A DNA stretch of 52,548 nucleotides from a virus (lineage: Duplodnaviria > Caudoviricetes): IMG/VR virus record IMGVR_UViG_3300021964_000096, positions 1 through 52,548 of that record. The stretch is one strand, 5' to 3'. This document shows, one piece after another, positions 44,183-52,548 of the stretch. Within the stretch, counting starts at the first letter, position 1. Each line of letters starts with the position of its first letter. The notes beneath the pieces were generated by a model. The model was not told the DNA's origin, did not search any database, and saw only the letters and a list, made by a program, of their open reading frames with translations. Made by a program: the position numbers and the translations under genes.

Positions 44183-46612
44183 TCACCTGGGTTGTAGTGA
44201 ACCTAAATCAAATCCACCGCTTAATATGTCATTCCCAGATGATTCAAAGTTTTTTGGCGGTAGATCATTTTTTCTTTGAGCTATAAGTTCGCTTTGTTGC
44301 GTAGCTTGTATTTTAGTTCTTTCGTCTTTTCTATCTTCTTTCATTTTATCTTTTCCAGACAAAACTTCACTTTGTTGCTTTTGAAGCTGCATATTAATTT
44401 GAAACTCGTAAGCCATTAATTGTTTCTTCAACTCAGCTTCTCTCATTAGTTTATCTGCTTCAAAGTTAGCTTTAGCTTGCTCTAGTTGTATTTTGCTTTG
44501 AGTTAAAGCATTTTGTTTTTGAACTTCTAATTGAGCAGCGACTTGCTGTGATTGTTGATTAGCTTGTGCTTGAGCTTGAATATTCTGTTGCTGAATCAAC
44601 TGATCACGCTCCATTTTCTTTTTACGTCTAAGTTTTAGTAGCGCGTTAGCTAACTTTATATTTTTAACATCTCTAACATCTATAGCATCTTCTAAGTCTA
44701 TAGACTTTTGAGTTATAGCCATTTGTATGTTGTTTTCTAATATAGCTTTTTCTTCTTCGTCTGGCTGCAGCTCTATAAATATACCAAAGTCGTATAAATG
44801 TAACTCACTTAACTCATCTAACGTCGCTACATTATGAACACCTATTTGCTGTATAAACGCGTCTTTTGTTGGTGAATATTCTAATATATCTGATATTCTA
44901 AGTGATAAGTTCTCTGCTAAGTCAGATGTTATAAACAAACCACCGGTCAGTATGTGCCTTGTAGCTGTGTTTGAATTAGCAGCTGCAAGTTTTTGCACTC
45001 CAACTAAAGCGTCTTTTGAAGGTGTACTACCATCTCTAGCTTCATTAAGACCCGTTACGTCACGAATCATTTGTAGATAATAGTTGTAAGTATTTATAAG
45101 TTGAGGTATTTTATTACCACCAGAGCCACTTGCTATTTCTTGAATAGGTATTTTACCTGGGTTTAAGTCACCTTCCTGTGTAAATGATCTACCAATTACA
45201 GAACCTGTTTGAAAAAACATGTTTAGCGCTTCTTGCGGATTGTAATTAGTTCCATTGCCAAGGTCAACTTCGGCTAAACCATCAGCGTCTAAATAAACAC
45301 CATCTGGCACCATGCGTGACAACACCTGTTGTAGCTTCAAATGTGTTAGTTGAATCATATCAGCAAAACCGGTTATACGGCTAACTAATGATTCAATTTG
45401 TCCTTTATACATACGAGGCGCGCAAATACTATAATTCATTTTAACTTTAGTAAAATCACTTTTTGGTCGTAGCATATTTTTAGCCATTTCCCACTTAAGT
45501 AATTTATCTGTACCTAAAACTAAAACACCTTCATATAAAACTTCTAAAGATCTACCAACTTTTTGTATACCATACTGCTCAAGTATTTCTTGAGGTGGGT
45601 TAAATTGATCATCTTTAATTAATATTTTTTCAGCACCAGTAGCAGATTCTTTGACCTTATATACTTCATTCATATATGTTTTATAATTGAAGTATAATAT
45701 TTGAACAGTGTTAGAATCTGTTTCGTCGTAATTAGTTATTGTTCTGTCGTAAAAACCATTGTTTTGGAATGATGTCTTACTAATATCTTCTAATTGATCA
45801 TCTGTTAGCTCTGGAAATTGCTTTTTAAGCTCGTTAATATGAACTGATTTTATTTCACCAACATAATATATATCATCAAAATATGGTGATTCTGTATAAG
45901 AATATACCATGTATGCTGGATCTACATAGTCAACAACAACGCCCTCTGATTGTGTAAATCTATTTTTAACAGCTCCAATACCTATAGTGGTTAAATCGTA
46001 ATTAACTCTTTTTCTAGTTAAATCATATTTATTACCCTCTAACAAAACATTTATAGCTTGCTCTTGCGCTATTTCAATATTTTGCTTGTACGTAAGCTGC
46101 ATATGAAGCTCAAGTTCTTCTTTTGTTTCTGGTAAAGTAGCTGGATTATTTTCAAATAAATTAATACCTAAATTTTCTTGTACGTATTCGTTTATTTGTT
46201 TTGTTTGCATATCACGAATAATAGATTCCATATATGCAGTTCTTTTACCTACACCGTAAGGGTCTTGTGAATACGCGCTTATATCAAAAGCCCTTTCAGA
46301 TATACCATTGACAACAATATCAACAAACTTAGGTATAATAGGTACTGGTTTCCAGTCTAAATTTAAATAAGATAAATCACCATTTATAGATAATTCGTCT
46401 TTATATTTTTGTATACTTTGTTCTCCGCGAGCGTATAGTCTTAATCTGTGAAAAGTGTTTTGATTACTTTTATACCTATTAACACCGTTGGTAGATTTAA
46501 ACCATTCATCTTGAATAGCTCTACCAACTTTTAAACCATACTCGAAAGAGGCTTTTTCTTGATCACTAGCAACTTGACTAGGAAAAAAACTTTTTACAAC
46601 TGACTCAGCCAT
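44183..46612 (-). CDS. Portal protein
   Basis: 809 aa after terL; LDWKPVPIIPKFVDIVVNG; IRDVTGLNEARDG; Gln-rich C-terminal barrel. Confidence 0.88.
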   Translation of the reverse strand: MAESVVKSFFPSQVASDQEKASFEYGLKVGRAIQDEWFKSTNGVNRYKSNQNTFHRLRLYARGEQSIQKYKDELSINGDLSYLNLDWKPVPIIPKFVDIVVNGISERAFDISAYSQDPYGVGKRTAYMESIIRDMQTKQINEYVQENLGINLFENNPATLPETKEELELHMQLTYKQNIEIAQEQAINVLLEGNKYDLTRKRVNYDLTTIGIGAVKNRFTQSEGVVVDYVDPAYMVYSYTESPYFDDIYYVGEIKSVHINELKKQFPELTDDQLEDISKTSFQNNGFYDRTITNYDETDSNTVQILYFNYKTYMNEVYKVKESATGAEKILIKDDQFNPPQEILEQYGIQKVGRSLEVLYEGVLVLGTDKLLKWEMAKNMLRPKSDFTKVKMNYSICAPRMYKGQIESLVSRITGFADMIQLTHLKLQQVLSRMVPDGVYLDADGLAEVDLGNGTNYNPQEALNMFFQTGSVIGRSFTQEGDLNPGKIPIQEIASGSGGNKIPQLINTYNYYLQMIRDVTGLNEARDGSTPSKDALVGVQKLAAANSNTATRHILTGGLFITSDLAENLSLRISDILEYSPTKDAFIQQIGVHNVATLDELSELHLYDFGIFIELQPDEEEKAILENNIQMAITQKSIDLEDAIDVRDVKNIKLANALLKLRRKKKMERDQLIQQQNIQAQAQANQQSQQVAAQLEVQKQNALTQSKIQLEQAKANFEADKLMREAELKKQLMAYEFQINMQLQKQQSEVLSGKDKMKEDRKDERTKIQATQQSELIAQRKNDLPPKNFESSGNDILSGGFDLGSLQPR

Positions 46613-46614
46613 AT

Positions 46615-48825
46615 TTATTTCATTATTTTTGATATATTCCCGCTGTTAGTATATCTAGCGATTTTTATATTTATTGGTTCTTTTTCTATTTTAGCTACAG
46701 GTCTATATAAATGTCTATTGCAAGCCATTATAGCTAAACCAGAACTTATAGCAGCATCAAACTTTGTTCTTTTGTTTATATCGAACTTAGCCCAATCGTT
46801 TAATGTTTTATTAAAATACATATCTCCATATTGAGCATCTGATTTTAATCCAACGTATCTATCTATGTAAGACTCTATAGCCGCAGCGTGAGCTTGCTTT
46901 ATGTCTTCACTAGAGTTAGGTATACCACCTATTTCTTTTTCAGCTACAGATAATTTGTTCCAAAGCTTATCAGGTCTGTTCATTGAATAACCTCTATAAC
47001 CTCTTCTTTTTAAATAATATAAAAGTCTTGGTTTGTTATTTTCTGCGAGCAAAGGCATACCGTAAAAAACTAAAGCCATCAACACGTCTTCAAAAAACAT
47101 TTCAGCAGTTTGCGGTCTAGCTATATATTCTAGAAAAAATGAGCTTGGCGGCGCATCTTCCATGCTAAACTTAGTTAAACCGTGTAAAGCACCTTTAGAT
47201 CCTTTACCATCTACTGTTCCAGATATATCGTAACTATCACAACCAAAAGCACCTATATGTTCATTACCTGGGTGCTTAATACCATTTTTTATTATTTGTT
47301 TATTTTGTAAATCATAACTAGGAACCCAAGTGATATTGAAATTACCGTTTGGATTTGGTACAAATTTTACTCTAGTATCTTTTACACCATTCTCCCATTG
47401 AAATGTTCCAGTAGTAATAACGCTTGTGTTTCTTAAATCTTCGTTATAATCTATTTGCTCGTATATTTTAACTAAATTAAATATACTATTTTTTGTTTCG
47501 TCTCTAAACGCGTGTTCTTCAGTTCTTGGAAACTGTCTGTAAAATTCGTTTAAAGCATCTTGATCACTTCTGAGACCATCAGCTTCGTTTTCCCAATGTT
47601 CTATAACACCTACATCAATTAAATCACCATGTGGTCCTTCAACTGGTTCTTGCGGAGTATTGAAAACAGGGTGTCCATAAGAATCAATGAATCCCTCGTA
47701 GTTCCACTCCATAGGTATGAACAAAGAATATAGTCCTGAGCTAGTCTGTCCATTCCGGTTTCGCTTAGTAACACCGGAGTTGTAATATAGTTTTTTAAAA
47801 TTTTCTCCACCTTTATCTAAAGAGTTTGACGTTGAACCCATCATACACTTACCTATGATCCTTGAACCTAATCTCAAACAAGTTTTAGTAACTCTCCAGT
47901 TATTTAATATATTATCAGGTCTCTCCCATTTACCACTTTCATCGTGCACTAATAATTTTAGTTTTTCCCCATCGTAGGAATTGTCACCAGTATTTTTCCA
48001 ATCAATTGTGGTGTCGAGCCCTTCAAGTATTTCATCATTTGGTTTGTTCTGAATAGATTTACGAGTAAGTCTTGACGCTGGAATCCTATAAGCCAATTCT
48101 GTTTTTGGTCTATCCATACCGTCTTGGATTGGTTTGAAAAAGAACGGATAGTTGACCGATATTGGTACGACTTTATCTGTAAACATTTTTTTAGCGTCAG
48201 CTCCCGACTTAGACAATATTCCGAACCTAGAGTCGCTGGATATGGTCGCCATATTAACGGTTTCTCCACTTGCCATAAAAGAGAATCCAGATCTTCTGTT
48301 CTTGAGATAGCACATTCCATAGCATCGTGGGTCAGCTTTGCAAGCTTCCCAGAATATAAAGAATAATCTGTTTGCTTCTCTAAACTCTGGCTTGCCAACG
48401 TCAATCTTGGACCACTGCAGGTACATAAAGTGAGTGCCAGTAATGTAAGTAGCCACGCCTCTATTATAGAACCAATGACCTTCTTCTCGTTTTTTAAACT
48501 CATTATCTATGTAATTTTCCCATTTAGCTTTAAATTCTTCTGGATAATCTCTCCATTCGAATACACTATTAATGTTTTTAAGCTCTTTAGGATACTCTTT
48601 AGCTTCCCACCTGTCAATACCTTTAGTTAGATTTTTCGGTGTCTTAGGGAGAGCTATTTTAAGACCTTGTATTTCGTATATTTCACCTATTTGACCTGTC
48701 TTGCTAATAACTACAATGTCATTTTCTTTGTTGTAGCCATAATTCCATTTTTTAGATTTATTAAGTCTATTTAATGTGTTTATTTTTACAGGTTCAATTA
48801 TCTTGTATAAACTCTGCTCGTACAT
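46615..48825 (-). CDS. terL: Terminase large subunit
   Basis: LKNRRSGFS (Walker A variant), LLVHDESGKW (Walker B), GSTS, RQFP, FGCDSYD nuclease motif, ENN, KFDAAISSG. Confidence 0.92.
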   Translation of the reverse strand: MYEQSLYKIIEPVKINTLNRLNKSKKWNYGYNKENDIVVISKTGQIGEIYEIQGLKIALPKTPKNLTKGIDRWEAKEYPKELKNINSVFEWRDYPEEFKAKWENYIDNEFKKREEGHWFYNRGVATYITGTHFMYLQWSKIDVGKPEFREANRLFFIFWEACKADPRCYGMCYLKNRRSGFSFMASGETVNMATISSDSRFGILSKSGADAKKMFTDKVVPISVNYPFFFKPIQDGMDRPKTELAYRIPASRLTRKSIQNKPNDEILEGLDTTIDWKNTGDNSYDGEKLKLLVHDESGKWERPDNILNNWRVTKTCLRLGSRIIGKCMMGSTSNSLDKGGENFKKLYYNSGVTKRNRNGQTSSGLYSLFIPMEWNYEGFIDSYGHPVFNTPQEPVEGPHGDLIDVGVIEHWENEADGLRSDQDALNEFYRQFPRTEEHAFRDETKNSIFNLVKIYEQIDYNEDLRNTSVITTGTFQWENGVKDTRVKFVPNPNGNFNITWVPSYDLQNKQIIKNGIKHPGNEHIGAFGCDSYDISGTVDGKGSKGALHGLTKFSMEDAPPSSFFLEYIARPQTAEMFFEDVLMALVFYGMPLLAENNKPRLLYYLKRRGYRGYSMNRPDKLWNKLSVAEKEIGGIPNSSEDIKQAHAAAIESYIDRYVGLKSDAQYGDMYFNKTLNDWAKFDINKRTKFDAAISSGLAIMACNRHLYRPVAKIEKEPINIKIARYTNSGNISKIMK

Positions 48826-49100
48826 TATCTAGACCTCCTTTCTGCAAAACCACTAAAAGTTTTTTTATTTTCTTCTTTTGGTTTATTTTCTAAAACAGCT
48901 TCCTCTTCTTGTATTCTTGTCAATATCTCAAAAGCGTCAAATATAGCTAGTTTTTTAGTTGCAGCAGCGTTTTTAAGTCTATCAGCTGAAACATCATCTT
49001 CTGTATTAGTAATGATTTTTTCCTCAGCTACTTTTATTAATTCCTCAACTGCTTTGTGACCAGCTTGGATTATACTCTTTTTCGTTTCCTTGATATTCAT
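48825..49100 (-). CDS. Putative terminase small subunit (start at MNIKETKK)
   Basis: Helical 91-aa ORF coupled to terL. Confidence 0.55.
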   Translation of the reverse strand: MNIKETKKSIIQAGHKAVEELIKVAEEKIITNTEDDVSADRLKNAAATKKLAIFDAFEILTRIQEEEAVLENKPKEENKKTFSGFAERRSR

Positions 49101-49635
49101 ATTTAATTGTAATAAGTCTGTTTGGAACTCTATATAGTCTTTCATTTTCTATAAAAAACTCGTATTCAGCCCCAGGTTTAAAAGAAACTAACGTACCTTT
49201 TTCTATATAACCGTCGCTATGTTTTACAACACCTTTACCAACAACTTCTTTGTTTAATTTAAACATGTCTTCATCTTGCAAAGGTTTGATAAAAGAAAAA
49301 CCGCTTATAGCTTTCCATTCATTATCTCTTTTATAAGCATAAACTTGATCTTGTTGTACAAAAAATAAGTCTTCTTTAAAATAGCTTTTACTATTTTTTT
49401 CTTTACCTCTTACATCATAAAATCTTCTAAATACATTATGATGTACTATGACTTCATCACCTGCTTTGACTTCGCTACAAATAGCTAATGGTGTAGCTAT
49501 TACAACCCCGTGTCTACTTACATATTGATGGTTTTGCATTTCTGTATTTAGTATCAATTCAGAGTCAGCAATTTTAACCTTATTGTTGTTTCTTTCGTCA
49601 AACGGTTTAACTATAAAATTAAAAATACTGTTCAT
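49045..49635 (-). CDS. GroES-like co-chaperonin (duplicated fold)
   Basis: GVVIATP...VKAGDEVIVHHN; second half GVVKHS...GTLVSF...LYRV. Confidence 0.65.
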   Translation of the reverse strand: MNSIFNFIVKPFDERNNNKVKIADSELILNTEMQNHQYVSRHGVVIATPLAICSEVKAGDEVIVHHNVFRRFYDVRGKEKNSKSYFKEDLFFVQQDQVYAYKRDNEWKAISGFSFIKPLQDEDMFKLNKEVVGKGVVKHSDGYIEKGTLVSFKPGAEYEFFIENERLYRVPNRLITIKYEYQGNEKEYNPSWSQSS

Positions 49636-49853
49636 TAATATTCTAAATCATATTCAACTGCAATAGCCATGTTTTTGTTAAAATCTTTCCACGGCAGTAT
49701 CTCATCATTCTTTTTAATATAGATAGAGTACTTTGTATCTTCTTCTATTATATTTTCTATAATATGACCACCATACACTTCCTGTCCAACAGAGTAGTGC
49801 ATGGCATCATTCTTATAGTCTCTCCCAATACTAATTTTCCGTACTAGGCTCAT
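49635..49853 (-). CDS. Conserved hypothetical protein
   Basis: 72 aa; RKISIGRDYKNDAMHYSVGQ. Confidence 0.75.
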   Translation of the reverse strand: MSLVRKISIGRDYKNDAMHYSVGQEVYGGHIIENIIEEDTKYSIYIKKNDEILPWKDFNKNMAIAVEYDLEY

Positions 49854-50085
49854 TATCTAACTTCTTGTAAGATCCGTCGTTTATATCTATAGTTATGTCT
49901 CCATAGATACCTCTTAACTCTTCTTGATACTTTTGCAATTCTACTTGAAGTGTGCTAGCACCGTGAAGCACTTGGTGTTTTTCAATTTCTAACTCACCTA
50001 TTTTTAACTGGTGTTGGTTAAAATTTTTAACTAAATCTTGCAATTTAACTAACTCTTCTTCTTTAATTGCTTCTACTTTTTTCAT
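49831..50085 (-). CDS. Coiled-coil hypothetical protein
   Basis: 84 aa; ends YGDITIDINDG. Confidence 0.72.
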   Translation of the reverse strand: MKKVEAIKEEELVKLQDLVKNFNQHQLKIGELEIEKHQVLHGASTLQVELQKYQEELRGIYGDITIDINDGSYKKLDNEPSTEN

Positions 50086-50145
50086 TTTAATTATATTTAA
50101 TTGTTATTTATAGTTTTATTATTACGTATAAAGTTAATTATTTAC

Positions 50146-50466
50146 CTAACTCCAAGGCAAACCTGTGTTTGTTGGTAGGTCTTCTATTTGGTCTTTTTTA
50201 ATAGTCGCCTGCGCATCTACGTAAGTTTCAGCATCTGTTACAGCGGTTGCTCCTAAGTCTGCTTGCACTAAACCTATAACTTGAGATTCGGTTAGTTGAT
50301 CATAAGGCGTTAGTGGAGCTGGCCCTACTACACCAGATAAAGTATTAGTAAATACTTTTCTAGCATAACCAACACCGTCCTGCCCTTGCGCTGCAGATAT
50401 TACCACTAGCTTATCCTCGCCAGCGTTGTTTTCATATTCCATTGATAAAATTGTCCAAGTCGCCAT
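50146..50466 (-). CDS. Tail fibre-associated small protein
   Basis: 106 aa; PYDQLTESQV...GLPW; follows the fibre gene. Confidence 0.6.
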   Translation of the reverse strand: MATWTILSMEYENNAGEDKLVVISAAQGQDGVGYARKVFTNTLSGVVGPAPLTPYDQLTESQVIGLVQADLGATAVTDAETYVDAQATIKKDQIEDLPTNTGLPWS

Positions 50467-50474
50467 ATTTATTT

Positions 50475-52548
50475 TTAATTATAAGTTCTTATTTCTAATG
50501 AGGCTTTTGTAAGCTTGCCATCGCTATTATGTGTAAGTATTCTTAAATTGTCAGCGTCAATAACCTCCCATGCAACATCATGATTGTTTTCAGCTGATCC
50601 ACCATTTACAAATACGATTGTTTTTAATAGTTTAAATTTACCCGGTGCGTTTAAATTATATTCCCCGCTTGCTACCCTTGTAAAAGCACTATATGGTGAT
50701 ACAATACCTAACGAGTTTTCTAAAACTAGATTAGGTTGTGGGTTTGCAGCTCCTGATTGACTAAGCAAGCAAACAAAACTTAAGTAGTCTGGCTTGTATG
50801 GATTCTCTGTTTCTATTATTTGACCATTTGCATCAACGGATAAATTGTAGGCTGCTGTTCCAGTTACAGTGCCTGAACCATATGTAGGTATTTTAATATT
50901 ACCAGCGCCGTTTATACTTAAAGAGTTTGATCTACCACCTCCAGATCCATTACCTATTTGGAATTTATTAAAAGAATCTGTATTGTCATTATATGTGCCT
51001 AAATAAACACCGTATTGAGAAGACCCTTCAAGATAAGCTCCTATTAATTTTTGCTGCCCTTGCGTGCCAGCGTTATTATTGTTTCCAACTACAAAAGATT
51101 GAAAACCTCCTGCTGGTACGCCATTAGTAATCCCAAAAACAGCGCATGTGTTTGCAGATATGGTGTTGTTAATCCCGTAAGCAATAGACTCTGATCCTGT
51201 TACAGTGCTATTTTTACCACCTATAAAACTATTATCACCTGAAACAACATTGTTATCACCAGTAGCTATAGACTGAAATCCACTTGCCGTTGTGCCATTT
51301 CCTATTGCAAAAGAGTTTGGTCTAGAGGCTACGCACTCAAAACCAAACTTAGCTGAGTTAGTGCCGCTTGCTGATCCTTCGTAACCAAATTTAACAGCAT
51401 TATTCGCCGTAGCTGTACCACCAAATCCAGAAACAAAAGTGTTTTTAGCCTGTGCATCGCCTTTTTCACCAATAGCTACTGATGATGGCCCAGATGCGAT
51501 TGAATCTTGCCCAGATGCAATACTATAAGGACCAGAAGCAACTGACTTGTTTCCAAACGCTGCTGAAGCTAACCCTCCTGCTTCAGTTAATAAACCAAAG
51601 GCAGAAGATCCTCCTCCTGATGCTAATGTTATAAAGTTAGCAGCGAATGATCCATTTCCAAAAGCTGTAGTAGCCGCCCCTACTGATAACGCGTTTTCTC
51701 CGTTTGAATATGCATTACCACCCATATTAAATGATGGGCCGATGTTTAATATATCGCCAGAAGGTAATACAACACCACCGCCGCCGTCTTGAGTTATAGA
51801 AAACTTTTGACTGCCGCCAGAGTTTAAATCTAATAGCTTAGTGTTAATAGCTGGCGTATACGCTGTAGTAGTTATAGCGTTTAAATCAAATACAGTACCA
51901 CCATCTACTTTAGTTTGTGTTATTTGAGAATCGCCTAATTCACCGTTTGGGCCATCAGTCCAAATAGGTAAAGTGTTTGTTGTACCAGTTCCGCTCACAG
52001 TTCCGCTGCTAATATCAATCCACTCAATCTGCCCACCGTCCGATGATAGTACTTGACCTGCTGTTCCAGGACTACCATCTCCATCAAATAATTGCTCACT
52101 AATAGTTACTGTACCATTAAACTCGGCATCACCATCCGCAACAAAAATACCTTGAACTGTGACGTTATTACTACATTCCACTTCATCGATGAATGTAGCC
52201 ACACCGTCGACTGTTAAAGTTGAATTTATAGTTACAGGGTTATTAGCTACTAAATCGCCTTGCACTGTTAAATTATCGTCGAATGTAGCCACACCGTTGA
52301 CCGCTAAACTACCGTCTACGCTAAAATCTGATGTTACATCTAACCTGCCGGTCACGGTCACGCCTTGACCTGTAGCTGCTTGAGTTATTATAGAGTCATC
52401 AATTTTTTGCCCGTCTGGTGTAAACAGAGGTATTGTGTTTAAAGTACCGCCTCCGGTTATAATATTCTTAAGAGATATTAAGCCGTCTCCAAGCGCACCT
52501 ATTGAATAGTTTTTAGTTATACTATTGTCGTCAGCATCAGTACCTATT
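50475..52548 (-). CDS. Tail fibre/adhesin with YadA-head-like repeats (5' end beyond window)
   Basis: Frame is open to the window edge (IGTDADDNSITKNYS...); 14-aa AxGxxSxAxG repeats; beta-helix-like repeats. Confidence 0.85.
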   Translation of the reverse strand, partial: IGTDADDNSITKNYSIGALGDGLISLKNIITGGGTLNTIPLFTPDGQKIDDSIITQAATGQGVTVTGRLDVTSDFSVDGSLAVNGVATFDDNLTVQGDLVANNPVTINSTLTVDGVATFIDEVECSNNVTVQGIFVADGDAEFNGTVTISEQLFDGDGSPGTAGQVLSSDGGQIEWIDISSGTVSGTGTTNTLPIWTDGPNGELGDSQITQTKVDGGTVFDLNAITTTAYTPAINTKLLDLNSGGSQKFSITQDGGGGVVLPSGDILNIGPSFNMGGNAYSNGENALSVGAATTAFGNGSFAANFITLASGGGSSAFGLLTEAGGLASAAFGNKSVASGPYSIASGQDSIASGPSSVAIGEKGDAQAKNTFVSGFGGTATANNAVKFGYEGSASGTNSAKFGFECVASRPNSFAIGNGTTASGFQSIATGDNNVVSGDNSFIGGKNSTVTGSESIAYGINNTISANTCAVFGITNGVPAGGFQSFVVGNNNNAGTQGQQKLIGAYLEGSSQYGVYLGTYNDNTDSFNKFQIGNGSGGGRSNSLSINGAGNIKIPTYGSGTVTGTAAYNLSVDANGQIIETENPYKPDYLSFVCLLSQSGAANPQPNLVLENSLGIVSPYSAFTRVASGEYNLNAPGKFKLLKTIVFVNGGSAENNHDVAWEVIDADNLRILTHNSDGKLTKASLEIRTYN
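52191..52297. repeat. 17-bp exact direct repeat 90 bp apart inside tail fibre gene
   Basis: GAATGTAGCCACACCGT at 52191-52207 and 52281-52297, encoding the repeated GVATF unit. Confidence 0.8.

Noticed and set aside
1-52548. CRISPR array, integrase, DGR/reverse transcriptase, introns/inteins, stop-codon reassignment
   Set aside because: No repeat-spacer array, integrase or RT motifs were seen. Core genes are uninterrupted in the standard code, TAG and TGA serve as stops, and the only tRNA is a normal Gln(TTG).

Overview
About 52.5 kb of an AT-rich tailed dsDNA phage genome with podovirus-type, crAss-like/Crassvirales-related architecture. The host is most likely a Bacteroidota/Flavobacteriia member, inferred from A-rich starts lacking Shine-Dalgarno sites and from gene style. 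The + strand arm (1-16.9 kb) carries a cluster of structured ncRNAs, many small early genes, tRNA-Gln(TTG), a KTSC protein, ATP-dependent DNA ligase, a DenV-like protein, a sigma70-like factor, ERF plus a PD-(D/E)xK exonuclease, SSB, a T7 gp4-like primase-helicase, a thymidylate-synthase-fold enzyme with the dCMP-type Asp, MazG-like proteins, a T7 endonuclease I-like nuclease and nrdB/nrdA. The - strand arm (16.8-52.5 kb) carries a tail fibre, GroES-like protein, terminase, portal, scaffold, major capsid, tail adaptors/nozzle, ejection proteins including a 3003-aa polyvalent protein, and lysis genes. Most notable: (1) a 79-nt tmRNA tRNA-like domain with G3:U70 but no mRNA-like domain, in a tight tandem array with two other unassigned structured RNAs; (2) a probable cytosine-modification cassette; (3) a HAD phosphatase with a P-loop kinase nested inside it in the giant virion protein; (4) a conserved 42-bp phage-specific promoter-like motif; (5) candidate overprinted genes in terL and nrdB. 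All calls come from motif recognition by eye; no searches were run.
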